NCBI GenBank assembly: GCA_947623995.1
Contig: CANQIN010000001.1
Span: 1 to 57,072, forward strand
Direction: 5' to 3'
From: an uncultured Bacilli bacterium
Lineage (GTDB): Bacteria; Bacillota_I; Bacilli_A; RF39; UBA660
Length of the DNA stretch: 57,072 nucleotides
How positions within the stretch are numbered: the first letter of the stretch is position 1; every line of letters starts with the position of its first letter. The translations under genes and the position numbers were made by a program. The notes beneath the pieces were generated by a model that did no database searches, had not been told where the DNA came from, and saw only the letters and a program-made list of their open reading frames with translations. Positions 9,330 through 19,083 of this stretch are shown one piece after another.

Positions 9330-10937
9330 TCAATAAAATACTCGACAACTATTATCATTTATTTGTTCACTTGGTAATTTATCTGTTTTAGTTACTCTAA
9401 TAACATTTGAATCTTTAAAAACATCATCTATATCAGTATCAATATAAGATTGATAGGTTTGAAAAGTAAATTCATAATAATTATCTACTAATAAATTATT
9501 GATTAAATTATTTTTTATCTTAGCTGTATAAATCTCATCATCAAGAAAACTACTTAAAGTTACATAAGAATAATCTTCTTTACTTCCCTTTATAATATCT
9601 AATACTTTATAAGTTCTTACAAATTCACAAGTTAAATATTCTTTATTATTATGATAATATTTTTGTCTATTCTTTTTAATAATATTAATATTTTCTTCAT
9701 TACTTTTAACTATTATTTGAGGTTCTAAATAATAGTTATATATTTTCTTTTCTTTTAAATCTAATAACATTTGATTTATTAATTCTTTAGTTATTTTAAA
9801 TTCATCATATTTATAATTTAAATATACTTCATTTTCTTCTTTAGTAATTTTTGTACTCATTTTTGTCCCAATTGGATAATAATTATACATAATAACTATA
9901 TTATTTAAATTATTATCAATAACATAATCACTAATATTACCAACTAAAATAATATTATTTGTAAATGGTATTTCTTCATTTAAAGTTTCCATTTCTAAAT
10001 TAGGAGGATTTTGATTTATAAAAGACGTACTTGCTACTTCACTTGTGGCAAGAGCACAGCCAAAACCTAAAAAGACAAAACAAGTTACTAAAGAAACTAA
10101 TATTTTACTTCCCCTAAATTTACGATCTAAAACAAAATCAAATAATAATTTAAAGAAAATTATTCCCAGAATAAAAAGTGATACCATAACTAAATATAAT
10201 CCAAAATAAGTTACCCCATGAATAATTAAATAAAGACATATTCCTAAAATCAAACCCATTCCCATTAAATACATACTAATTCCAAATAAAACAATAATAG
10301 CTAAAAATTTAAAAAATATTACTCCTAATTTAATTAATGATAAACCAAGATTATTTTCATATTCTTTTAATTCTTTTGACTTTTTTTCTTTTATTTCTTT
10401 TTCAGGAATATCTTCATTAAAGTAACGTCTACCAATAAATTTACCAAAAGCAAGAATTGATAAAGCAAGATAAGCAAGTTCTAAAACAACTTTCCATATT
10501 ACATAAAAAACATGATTTACGGGACTAGATAAAATATAAAAAACTGATTTACCTAATTCTTCTAATATTGCTACAGGTATATGACATAAACTAATTAAAA
10601 AAATAACTATTAAAATTTCAATTAAAATTCCAATTAATTCTTTAGTATCTTTCTGACTTAAAAATTCTAAAAATCTTTCTCCATAATTTAATACTTTTTT
10701 ACTAAAATTACCAATAATATCATTTTCTTTATGATTATTTTTTTCATAATCTCTAATTAGACCATTAGCTAATTCTTCTACATTACCAAAATCTTTAACA
10801 GCTTCTTTTTCTTTTTTTCCTGATTTAATTTTTTCATCTATTAATTCTTCATATTCTTTTAAAATTCTTTCTTGTTCTTCAAGATTTAAACTTTCTATAT
10901 TTTCTTTTAGTTTTTTTAAAAATTGTTTCTTTGTCAT
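9330..10937 (-). CDS. DUF1700-family multi-pass membrane protein
   Basis: MTKKQFLKKLKENIESLNLEEQERILKEYEELIDEKI is the classic DUF1700 N-terminus, followed by about 6 TM helices and a soluble C-terminal domain. Start moved to the ATG at 10937 (MTKKQ). Confidence 0.7.
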   Translation of the reverse strand: MTKKQFLKKLKENIESLNLEEQERILKEYEELIDEKIKSGKKEKEAVKDFGNVEELANGLIRDYEKNNHKENDIIGNFSKKVLNYGERFLEFLSQKDTKELIGILIEILIVIFLISLCHIPVAILEELGKSVFYILSSPVNHVFYVIWKVVLELAYLALSILAFGKFIGRRYFNEDIPEKEIKEKKSKELKEYENNLGLSLIKLGVIFFKFLAIIVLFGISMYLMGMGLILGICLYLIIHGVTYFGLYLVMVSLFILGIIFFKLLFDFVLDRKFRGSKILVSLVTCFVFLGFGCALATSEVASTSFINQNPPNLEMETLNEEIPFTNNIILVGNISDYVIDNNLNNIVIMYNYYPIGTKMSTKITKEENEVYLNYKYDEFKITKELINQMLLDLKEKKIYNYYLEPQIIVKSNEENINIIKKNRQKYYHNNKEYLTCEFVRTYKVLDIIKGSKEDYSYVTLSSFLDDEIYTAKIKNNLINNLLVDNYYEFTFQTYQSYIDTDIDDVFKDSNVIRVTKTDKLPSEQINDNSCRVFY

Positions 10938-11187
10938 AAACAACCCTTCTTTAATAAAAATATATATTATTTCCATCAAAAAAGCAACCATAATTGGTTG
11001 CTTAGCAAATTTCTTAAATTGATAGAAGTGTGTTGTTAATAGGGTAGTTTTTATGTATGATTTAAGAATAATTTTTTTTAAGAAACTTGCTTCTCAAAAA
11101 GGTTTTCCCTTTCTGATGTGCTTTACTATACATTCGTTAATCCAAAGTTTCAAGAAAACATTTTGACAAGTTTTGGCACATTTTGTC

Positions 11188-13482
11188 TTATTCTGTCCGT
11201 AAAGCAATTACTGGATCTTTTTTACTAGCAATCTTAGCTGGAATCCAACCACCTATTAAAGTTAAGATTACACTTACAGTTATAAGAATTATAGCATGAA
11301 GTGGATTCATAACTGCCACATTTTCTAACTCGGTTAACTCAAACAAAATTGAATTAATTGGAAAAAGAAGTAACCAAGTAATAAAAATACCAATTAATCC
11401 AGAGGTCAAACCAATAATAAAGATTTCAGCATTAAAGACTCTCGTAATATCTTTTTTACGAGCTCCAAGACTTCTTAAAATACCAATCTCTTTAGTTCTT
11501 TCTAAAACGGAAATATACATAATAATCCCAATCATAATACAAGATACAATTAATGATATTGAACTAAACGCCACTAAAACAAATGTAATCGCATCCATAA
11601 TATTATTTGACAAGGAACTCATTAATTTAGCTTGGTCAACATAAAAAATTTTATCATCTTCATTTTTATCTTCATTATATTCATCTAAATATTTAACAAT
11701 CTTTTCTTTACTTGAAAAATCTTTAGGATGAATTTCAATCATCGATGGTTCTATATCATCACCTAAATAACCTAAAATATTTTCTTTTAAATCTTTACCT
11801 TCTTTAGTTGTTAAATCAAATTTCTCTCCACTCATCACGTTATAATCAGCATCTTTCTGAGCTTTTACTATATCAGATTCTTTATTCATCTTAATTAAAT
11901 AATTTTGTAAATCATTACTATAATATATTCCAGGCTCTGTCATACTAGGATAATCATCTTTTAATCTTACAATCCCCACTACATTTAAAATCAGATTATC
12001 TTTATTTTTATATAAGCTATCTAAATCTTGTTTAGGAACATAATAATTACCAAGCCTTTGATAATAATCTTTATTTAATACTAAAGTAATTTGGCTATTT
12101 AAAATATCATTAAAATTAATATTATTATCAGTTGTAAAGCCTAAGACTTCTAATAAATTTTTCGATACTTGATTTTTACTATCAACTTCTAAAATTACTT
12201 CTTCTTTACTAGTAGGCATTCGACCAGCAAGAATATCAAAGCGTTCTTCAATAACACTTTTCTTACCTTCTAATGAATGAGGATAAGTTGTGATATTTAA
12301 GTTTGTTGTGGGAATTTGTTTAACTTTTCCATCTACTTTTTGTAAGATATTTAATCCCATTGGATAGATATAATTAATTCCCATAACATCATCTTTGTTT
12401 ATTTTATCAAGATAATTTACATAATCTTTCGTTAAAACATTATTATGAACATCTTTTTCTTCAATATTCTTAATTGGAATAACGTAATCAATATTGGGAT
12501 AAGAATCATTTATACTCGTTTCTTCTTGCCTTGCCATAATATCTTCATCTAAATTCATACTTTGTTTACTAATCGTAATTGGTAAAGCACTTAATGTATT
12601 TTTTTCAAAAAGATCTATTTGTTCATCAAAACCATTTGCTAAGCTAAGAATTAAAGCAATTCCAATAATACCAATTGATGAAGCAAAAGCCGTAAGTAAA
12701 GTTCTCCCTTTTTTAGTCCTAATATTATTAAGTGATAAATGAAGTGCCGTAAAAAAGTTCATTCTAGTTTTTCTAATTTGATAAACATCTTTTTCTTCCT
12801 TTTCTTTAAGAGGATTTGAATCACTTATAATCTCGCCATCTTTCATTTCAATTACCCGGTTAGCATAAGTATTAGCTAAATCAGAATTATGAGTTACCAT
12901 AATAACTAATTTATCTTTAGCGATTTCTTTAATTAAATCCATAATTTGCATACTAGTTTTAGAATCTAAAGCTCCAGTTGGTTCATCAGCCAAAATAATA
13001 TCTGGGTCATTTGCTAAGGCTCTTGCAATAGCAACCCTTTGCATTTGACCACCCGATAATTGATTTGGTCTTTTATGCATGTGCTCTTTTAAACCAACTT
13101 TTTTTAAAACTAGAATTGCTTTTTGTTTTCTTTTCTTAGCTGAAATACCTGATAAAGTCATACCCATTTCGACATTAGATAAAATATCCATATGATTAAT
13201 TAAATTATAACTTTGAAAAATAAAACCAATACAATTATTTCGATATGAATCCCAATCCCTATCTTTAAAATATTTAGTCGATTTTTGATTGATAATTAAA
13301 TTACCATCATCGTAACGATCTAGTCCCCCAATAATATTTAAAAGAGTTGTTTTTCCAGAACCACTAGGTCCTAAAACAGCTACAAATTCATTTTTACGAA
13401 ACTTAAGATTTATCCCTTTTAAAGCATGTTGAATAAAGTCACCAGTCTTATAACTTTTTTTAATATTTTTTAATTCTAGCAT
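11188..13482 (-). CDS. Fused ABC transporter ATP-binding/permease protein (MacB/FtsX type)
   Basis: Walker A GPSGSGKTT, signature LSGGQMQRVAIARAL, Walker B ILADEPTGALD. C-terminal FtsX-like permease with a large extracytoplasmic loop. Confidence 0.9.
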   Translation of the reverse strand: MLELKNIKKSYKTGDFIQHALKGINLKFRKNEFVAVLGPSGSGKTTLLNIIGGLDRYDDGNLIINQKSTKYFKDRDWDSYRNNCIGFIFQSYNLINHMDILSNVEMGMTLSGISAKKRKQKAILVLKKVGLKEHMHKRPNQLSGGQMQRVAIARALANDPDIILADEPTGALDSKTSMQIMDLIKEIAKDKLVIMVTHNSDLANTYANRVIEMKDGEIISDSNPLKEKEEKDVYQIRKTRMNFFTALHLSLNNIRTKKGRTLLTAFASSIGIIGIALILSLANGFDEQIDLFEKNTLSALPITISKQSMNLDEDIMARQEETSINDSYPNIDYVIPIKNIEEKDVHNNVLTKDYVNYLDKINKDDVMGINYIYPMGLNILQKVDGKVKQIPTTNLNITTYPHSLEGKKSVIEERFDILAGRMPTSKEEVILEVDSKNQVSKNLLEVLGFTTDNNINFNDILNSQITLVLNKDYYQRLGNYYVPKQDLDSLYKNKDNLILNVVGIVRLKDDYPSMTEPGIYYSNDLQNYLIKMNKESDIVKAQKDADYNVMSGEKFDLTTKEGKDLKENILGYLGDDIEPSMIEIHPKDFSSKEKIVKYLDEYNEDKNEDDKIFYVDQAKLMSSLSNNIMDAITFVLVAFSSISLIVSCIMIGIIMYISVLERTKEIGILRSLGARKKDITRVFNAEIFIIGLTSGLIGIFITWLLLFPINSILFELTELENVAVMNPLHAIILITVSVILTLIGGWIPAKIASKKDPVIALRTE

Positions 13483-13628
13483 AATTTTTTTCCTTTCTTA
13501 AATTTTTAAAAAATATATGTTTTTAAACAGTTATAACACTTTCTCACCACAAGTTTATATTATAATAATCACTTGTTATCTAGTCAAACGCTTCGCAAAA
13601 ATTTTACAAAAAAATTGGTATATTTTTG

Positions 13629-13657
13629 TTGACAAAGAATAAAAATATATATATAAT
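13629..13657 (+). promoter_or_regulatory. Consensus sigma-A promoter for tRNA-Asn
   Basis: TTGACA (13629-13634), 17-nt spacer, TATAAT (13652-13657), 11 nt before the tRNA. Confidence 0.65.
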
Positions 13658-13668
13658 CTAAATGTACT

Positions 13669-13744
13669 GCTTGATTAGCTCAGTCGGTAGAGCAAACGGC
13701 TGTTAACCGTTGGGTCGTAGGTTCGAGTCCTACATCAAGCGCCA
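13669..13744 (+). tRNA. tRNA-Asn (GUU), CCA encoded
   Basis: 76-nt cloverleaf: acceptor GCTTGAT/ATCAAGC, anticodon arm AACGG-CTGTTAA-CCGTT, T-arm GTAGG-TTCGAGT-CCTAC. Confidence 0.9.
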
Positions 13745-13755
13745 TGAAGAATATT

Positions 13756-13789
13756 AACAAACCCTTTTACTTAGGGTTTGTTCTTATTT
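13756..13789 (+). terminator. Intrinsic terminator after tRNA-Asn
   Basis: AACAAACCC-ttttactta-GGGTTTGTT followed by CTTATTT. Confidence 0.6.
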
Positions 13790-13866
13790 AAAGCAATTTA
13801 ATTTGCTTGGGGTTCGTGGTATTTCGCGGACGATAAGAACTGGTTTATCCATTTCTTATTTTTTTA

Positions 13867-13900
13867 ACGAAAAAACGAAGCCATAAAGGACTCCTTTAAA
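13867..13900. repeat. Degenerate copy (C) of the terminator-containing repeat module
   Basis: acgaaaaaacgaagccataaaggactcctttaaaaaa aligns with copy B (acacaaaaatggagccataaaaggctccttcaggggg) at roughly 26 of 36 positions by hand alignment. Confidence 0.4.
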
Positions 13901-14088
13901 AAATGAATTATTTTAAATATTTTATGTGTATAGCATAAACACCATTTTTTTAATTGCTTCTTTATAACCATCTAAACTATTAATAGATTATATTTCTTCT
14001 CAATAATCATCAGTAGAAGATAATGTATAAAATCAGAAAAAAACTTTCTAACTCTTTATGTCACTTTTTGTCACTATTTGATAGTAGC

Positions 14089-15018
14089 CTAATTACTTTG
14101 TTCATTAATATAGTTTTTGAAAATATCTCTCATTTTTATGACAAGTTTAATTGTTTTAGCAATAAGTTCATCATAATTTGAATGATCATCAAAATTTAAT
14201 CCTTTTATTTTATAACTAATTCTACTAACATCATCTGATGCTTCTCTTACCCATTCAAGCTTCATGCCTAATTTTTCTTCAATTTGTTGCTTACTTTCAA
14301 ACAATTTATCAAACAAATTTCTATCATTTGTTGAATACAATCCAACTCTTATGTAACTCTCTTTATTAACTAGTTCAATCGCAATATGTGTAGATCTAAT
14401 TCCAAGTGCAACATCATACCATGCTCTAATTGAAGGTTTTCTACTGTTAAATGGCTTACCAGCTTCAATCAACTTTTCATTAAATTTATTCCAAAATTCC
14501 AGCCTTTCTGATTCGGATCTAGAAATACTATTAGATGAATTATTAAATTTAATAAATCCATTAGGTTGTTCAATTACAACAAATTGTGGTGCTGGCAATG
14601 AATCTCCTATTTTATATGCACGTAACTCCAATAAAAAGAAATTTATTTTTTCATTTGTGTTATTATTTAACCACTCAATAGCACTTCTATGTTCTTCTCT
14701 TGCATGTTTTACTATCCAAACTGCTACTTGAGCATCTAAACCAGCAGCATAAGTTATTAATTTTCCTAAATGTTCATGATTGGATTGTTCTAATTGATTT
14801 TCAATAACAACTTTCATTCCAGAAGTTTCATCCGTAGCAAATATATCGCATTGAAATCCTCCCACATTTGTTTCCGTTAAAATGTCAGTTAAATTTAAGC
14901 CCAGTATTTCATTAAGATTATCAATATTTTCTTTTTTAGATAACCAATCCGAAAAATTATATTGCTCATGTTTCCATAATTCTCTTAATGCAACTTCTTC
15001 TAATTTTCCTATATTCAT
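14089..15018 (-). CDS. DUF4268-type protein with N-terminal PD-(D/E)xK (NucS-like) nuclease-fold module
   Basis: The N-terminus (LRELWKHEQYNFSDWL...GGFQCDIFATDETSGMKVVIENQLEQSNHEHLGKLITYAAG) is the typical DUF4268-associated endonuclease-like module. C-terminal half has RLEFWNKFNEKL. Confidence 0.65.
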   Translation of the reverse strand: MNIGKLEEVALRELWKHEQYNFSDWLSKKENIDNLNEILGLNLTDILTETNVGGFQCDIFATDETSGMKVVIENQLEQSNHEHLGKLITYAAGLDAQVAVWIVKHAREEHRSAIEWLNNNTNEKINFFLLELRAYKIGDSLPAPQFVVIEQPNGFIKFNNSSNSISRSESERLEFWNKFNEKLIEAGKPFNSRKPSIRAWYDVALGIRSTHIAIELVNKESYIRVGLYSTNDRNLFDKLFESKQQIEEKLGMKLEWVREASDDVSRISYKIKGLNFDDHSNYDELIAKTIKLVIKMRDIFKNYINEQSN

Positions 15019-15125
15019 ATTTCCTCCTAAAATTATATAATTTTTCTATATTTAGACTATCATATATTAATAAATAAAACAATCTTTTTGATTGCTTTGA
15101 AAACTGTAAATAGTAATATAGAATT

Positions 15126-15180
15126 ATACAAAAATGGAGTCTTTCGGCTCCTTCAGGGGGCGGTTAGTATTCACGCACTT
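15126..15180. repeat. Copy A of the ~55-nt terminator-containing repeat module
   Basis: acaaaaatggag + hairpin (GGAGTC-tttc-GGCTCC) + ctccttcaggggg + ..gtattcac.c.c. The 12-nt and 13-nt cores are identical to copy B. On the minus strand the hairpin is followed by ATTTTTG. Confidence 0.7.
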
Positions 15181-15274
15181 CTAAGTTTATTTGAATACTT
15201 TTACATTTATTTTAAATCATTCAAAATTAGTTATTTAAAATAATAATTAAAAAAATTTAAAATTTGGGTAGTTG

Positions 15275-15309
15275 AAAAGGTAGTTAGAATTTACTTAAAA
15301 CTACCTTTT
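15275..15309 (-). terminator. Intrinsic (bidirectional-looking) terminator just after the primase-helicase gene
   Basis: 11-bp perfect stem AAAAGGTAGTT/AACTACCTTTT with a 13-nt loop and T-rich flanks, 25 nt downstream of the stop codon at 15334. Confidence 0.65.
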
Positions 15310-15333
15310 TATAAATAGATGTTGAAATATTAA

Positions 15334-17703
15334 TTATATCTTTATTATTTGTTGTTCGTTATCTTCCACTATTTCATAACCCAATTTTTCATATGTCTTT
15401 TTTCTTTTCAAAAACATATTACGAGTTTTAGCAAAATTATCATCAACATAATCATAAATTAATATTTCTTTTTTATTATCATCTTTCCTATGTAATCTTC
15501 CTGCATATTGTGTAACTCTAGTTTGTCCAGAAATAGGCATAGTCAAGAATAATACATCAAGCTTTGAATCATCGAATCCCTCACCGATATAAGAACCTGT
15601 AGCAACTATAATTTTATTACTACCAATCTCATTTATTTGATTAATTAATTCTTCATAATTTTTAAGTAATGTTTTACCTATTCCACCATAATATTTGAAA
15701 ATATTATTTGTATATTTAGATAATTTATCATAAACATAATTCATAAGTTCTAATCGTTCAGTTAAGACTAAAATATTTTTTCCATTTTCATATTCTTTTT
15801 TTATATCTTTAATAATATTTTCACTACGTATTACATCTTTTGCTATTAAATCATTAATTTCATTTAATTCATAATTATCAACATTAGGATTAGTAAAATT
15901 TAAATGACTTTTCTTCACAATTACTTTCATTGGTATATTAAGTTCTTTATTAAATTTTAAACTATCTACTTTATATCTAATATCACCGCATTGCATTTTT
16001 ATGATAGGAGTATGCCCATTTTCTCTTTCAGGCGTAGCAGAAATTCCGTAAACATATCTAGCATTTCCCGTATTTATCGCTTGTTCAAAAGTATATGCTG
16101 CTGTATGATGACACTCATCGATAATAATCAGCCCATAATTTTTTGCAATATCTAGTACTTCACCATTATTCCATAATGACTTTATACTAGCTACATCAAT
16201 CACATTAGTAATATTCTTTTTTTTACTACTTATTTCTCCAACTTCTTCTACATTTAAAAATTCTTTTATTCTATCTTTCCATTGATTAAGTAGTTGCAAT
16301 TTATTTACTAAAATTAAAGTATTAACTTTACGTTCTTCTATTATTTTACACCCTATAACAGTTTTACCAAATCCTGTGGGTGCACATAATATCCCATTGT
16401 CATACTTTAGTAAATTATCAAGTGCTAGTTGTTGTTCATCCCTTAATCTTCCATTAAAAACAATATCAATTTTATTTCCTTTAAAACGCTTATCTGTCTT
16501 TATTATTTTAACATTATTCTTTTTGCATAAACTTTCTAAATATTCATATGTTCCTCTTGGCAATTTCAAATATTTATCATCTTCTTTACTGCAATCAATT
16601 ACCATTGGAATATTATATACTGACATTCTTAACTTTTGTTTTTTGTAAAACTCAGGATTGGCAAAAGTAGCAAGTCTTCTAAAACTGTTTTTAACAACTC
16701 CACTAAGATTAGCTTTATCAATGTATACCATATCATTTAAAATTACCTTAATACTTTTAGGGTATTCTATATTATTTTTGCATTTTGCTATTACTTCTTT
16801 TTTCATATCAACTACTTCATGACCTATATCGATAGTTTCATTAGATAGTTTTTCAATTTTTTCAAAAATTTCTTTTTCAGTTAATTTATGAATAGAATTT
16901 AAATACTGTATTTGATTATCAATCTTAATAAAATTTCTATCAACAAATAATGTATTTCCATATTTAGACGGTTCATTTTGAAATGGTAATGCGATTAGAT
17001 TTCCATACCCACCTTTTGGTAAGGTATCTTGATTAGGAAACATTCTATCAAATGATGAAATAGAAATATTCGATATTTCCATCGTTTTAGATAATAATAA
17101 ACTACCTAATTTTCGTGCTGTTAATGCTTTAATATTTATATCAAAAAAAATCCAAATATGAATTCCATTTCCTGATCTACTGCGTTCTATAGCAATTGGT
17201 ATTTCATATTCATCACAGATACTAGCGAATGCTAATACGTCACTTTTAATATCATTATTAGTATTTTTATTATCAAAATCTAAAGATAGAAAGTAGCAAG
17301 TATCATTTTCTAGTAATGGATAAATTCCTATTGGATTATTTCCATACATGTGATTATAGATAACTTCCTTTGATAAAGGCTTATTTTCCCTGTACTGGCA
17401 ATTCTTACATTTTTTGCCCATCGTTTTATTGCATACACCTTGCTTCCACTCATTTACACATGCTGGGATATAATATTTAATTTTAGGATTATTTTTATCT
17501 ATTGATAAATATGGATAAACATCATCTCTACCTCTAAAGTAATTCATAAATACTTTGACTTTTTCTTCTCTAGTTAAAGATAATTCAGTGTCATTAATAA
17601 TTGGTTTATTCAACTTATCTTTTAATTCTTCAATTTCAATTTTCAATTTTTTTATTTCTAATTCTTTCTCATATATTAAATTTACAATTTCATTATTGTT
17701 CAT
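15334..17703 (-). CDS. Archaeo-eukaryotic primase (AEP/PrimPol-like) domain fused to an SF2 (DEAD/DEAH, DECH) helicase
   Basis: N-terminal coiled coil. AEP motifs: LDFD (D142/D144), SGNGIHIW (H182), SFDR (D219), and a Cys cluster CVNEW..C..(7)..C..C. Helicase motifs: APTGFGKT (~441), DECHH (~529), SATP, GRLHR. The N-terminal REEKVKVFMNYFRGRDDVY pattern resembles what I recall being called the TOTE conflict-system AEP domain. Confidence 0.8.
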   Translation of the reverse strand: MNNNEIVNLIYEKELEIKKLKIEIEELKDKLNKPIINDTELSLTREEKVKVFMNYFRGRDDVYPYLSIDKNNPKIKYYIPACVNEWKQGVCNKTMGKKCKNCQYRENKPLSKEVIYNHMYGNNPIGIYPLLENDTCYFLSLDFDNKNTNNDIKSDVLAFASICDEYEIPIAIERSRSGNGIHIWIFFDINIKALTARKLGSLLLSKTMEISNISISSFDRMFPNQDTLPKGGYGNLIALPFQNEPSKYGNTLFVDRNFIKIDNQIQYLNSIHKLTEKEIFEKIEKLSNETIDIGHEVVDMKKEVIAKCKNNIEYPKSIKVILNDMVYIDKANLSGVVKNSFRRLATFANPEFYKKQKLRMSVYNIPMVIDCSKEDDKYLKLPRGTYEYLESLCKKNNVKIIKTDKRFKGNKIDIVFNGRLRDEQQLALDNLLKYDNGILCAPTGFGKTVIGCKIIEERKVNTLILVNKLQLLNQWKDRIKEFLNVEEVGEISSKKKNITNVIDVASIKSLWNNGEVLDIAKNYGLIIIDECHHTAAYTFEQAINTGNARYVYGISATPERENGHTPIIKMQCGDIRYKVDSLKFNKELNIPMKVIVKKSHLNFTNPNVDNYELNEINDLIAKDVIRSENIIKDIKKEYENGKNILVLTERLELMNYVYDKLSKYTNNIFKYYGGIGKTLLKNYEELINQINEIGSNKIIVATGSYIGEGFDDSKLDVLFLTMPISGQTRVTQYAGRLHRKDDNKKEILIYDYVDDNFAKTRNMFLKRKKTYEKLGYEIVEDNEQQIIKI

Positions 17704-17706
17704 GAG

Positions 17707-18522
17707 TTATACCTCAACTAATTCTAATGATGAAATAAATCTCAATATATAGGTTACAACCTCTTCAATTGGTATCTCAAGCCAGTTATTTTTAGCCATA
17801 TTAATCATAGATTTAAATCTCTTATCATTAAATATAAATTCTAAACTATTTTTTACGTCAACTATATTATTTTCATCTATTAAATCATCCTTAAATACTA
17901 ATTTGTCTAAGTATTGTAAAAACCGTTTATTTTCAAAATTATTTGTATGAAATAAATAGTAAATATCAAAAATATCTTTATATCTTGTTGATGTTATGCC
18001 AAACTTTAATAGAGACTTTATTTTTTCTGAACATATTTGCTCTTTAGAATTAGCAAGTAATATAATTCTTTTAGAAAAATTGCCTGTATCAAAACACAAT
18101 TCATCTTGTTTTATGTCCATATCCTTATGAACACCAATATCTAATTTGGCAGGAAAAGAACTTCCAAAATTATCAGATATTTCAATAAATACTCTTTTTC
18201 CATCATAATCTTGATGATGAAGCTTTTTTATAGGTGCTGTTATTTTTACTTTAATATCTTTATCATTTAATTTTTCTATAAATGTTTCTATAGCTTTATC
18301 ATCTAAAGAATACCTAATAAAATCAATATCTAAATCTTGCGTTGTTCTTCTTTTATCTTTAGAAATAGCCATCATTACTACTCCACCTTTGATTGTTATA
18401 TTTTGATTAAAATTTGTGCGATTTATTTGAAACAGTATAACATCTTGACAGACTCTGGAAATAGCATTAGCATTAGAATAACCATTATCTAAATAATCTT
18501 CAAGCATTGAATTTAAATTCAT
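17707..18522 (-). CDS. abiEii: AbiEii/AbiGii-family nucleotidyltransferase toxin (type IV TA)
   Basis: ITIKGGVVMM...RRTTQDLDIDF matches the AbiEii KGG...R.T.DLD NTase motifs. About 270 aa. Start overlaps the abiEi stop (TAATG). Confidence 0.75.
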   Translation of the reverse strand: MNLNSMLEDYLDNGYSNANAISRVCQDVILFQINRTNFNQNITIKGGVVMMAISKDKRRTTQDLDIDFIRYSLDDKAIETFIEKLNDKDIKVKITAPIKKLHHQDYDGKRVFIEISDNFGSSFPAKLDIGVHKDMDIKQDELCFDTGNFSKRIILLANSKEQICSEKIKSLLKFGITSTRYKDIFDIYYLFHTNNFENKRFLQYLDKLVFKDDLIDENNIVDVKNSLEFIFNDKRFKSMINMAKNNWLEIPIEEVVTYILRFISSLELVEV

Positions 18523-19073
18523 TAAAACACCTCTTTCATGATAACATCATATAAATAATCTCCTATTTCATACTTGCTAATATATTGAGCTATTTTTTTT
18601 GTATTTAAAGAATCTTTAATTTCTCGATAATTTCCAATAATTTCTTTATAATAATCAAAGCCAATTGTATTTCTATTTCTTATTAGTTCTATTAACATTC
18701 TCTCTTTATCATATATTTGAATTTCAACACCATTTATTTTTAAAGTTGATTTACCAATTTCAAAAAATTTATCTTGATAGTATGTAACTTTAATTCTACT
18801 ATCTCTAATTTTAGTACTATTTCTTCTTAGTGCTAGATATTCCTTTTCTGGAATAACATCTGTTAAATTATGGTAATAAAAAGCACTATCCATTGTAAAT
18901 ATTGCATTAGGATATTTTTTAGTAAGTACTTCTAAATAATTTACATTTTTTTGATCACTATAAATGCCTTTTTCTATCTTAAATATCTTTCCAATTTTAA
19001 TTAACTTTTTAATTTCATAATCACTTTTATATTGTTTGATAAGTTCTTTGTAAAGTAATATCAATTCAATCAC
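18522..19073 (-). CDS. abiEi: AbiEi-family antitoxin / transcriptional regulator
   Basis: N-terminal wHTH-like LIKIGKIFKIEKGIYSD (the AbiEi_4 G.l.ri.rGiY motif), followed by a C-terminal domain. About 180 aa, immediately upstream of abiEii. The start is uncertain: GTG at 19073 lies inside AAGAGGTG, and TTG at 19064 is an alternative. Confidence 0.7.
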   Translation of the reverse strand: MIELILLYKELIKQYKSDYEIKKLIKIGKIFKIEKGIYSDQKNVNYLEVLTKKYPNAIFTMDSAFYYHNLTDVIPEKEYLALRRNSTKIRDSRIKVTYYQDKFFEIGKSTLKINGVEIQIYDKERMLIELIRNRNTIGFDYYKEIIGNYREIKDSLNTKKIAQYISKYEIGDYLYDVIMKEVF

Positions 19074-19083
19074 CTCTTGATAT

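Noticed and set aside
13801-13840. Locally GC-rich stretch ggggttcgtggtatttcgcggacg downstream of tRNA-Asn, considered as a duplicated tRNA 3' fragment (att scar).
   Set aside because: Hand alignment with the tRNA-Asn T-arm and acceptor (ggttcgagtcctacatcaagcgcca) gives only the trivial GGTTCG match. This is not convincing as an att repeat.
16376-17752. Antisense ORFs 16376-16648 and 17555-17752 inside the primase-helicase/abiEii region.
   Set aside because: They are shadow ORFs opposite a gene with intact AEP and helicase motifs. No RBS or independent signals.
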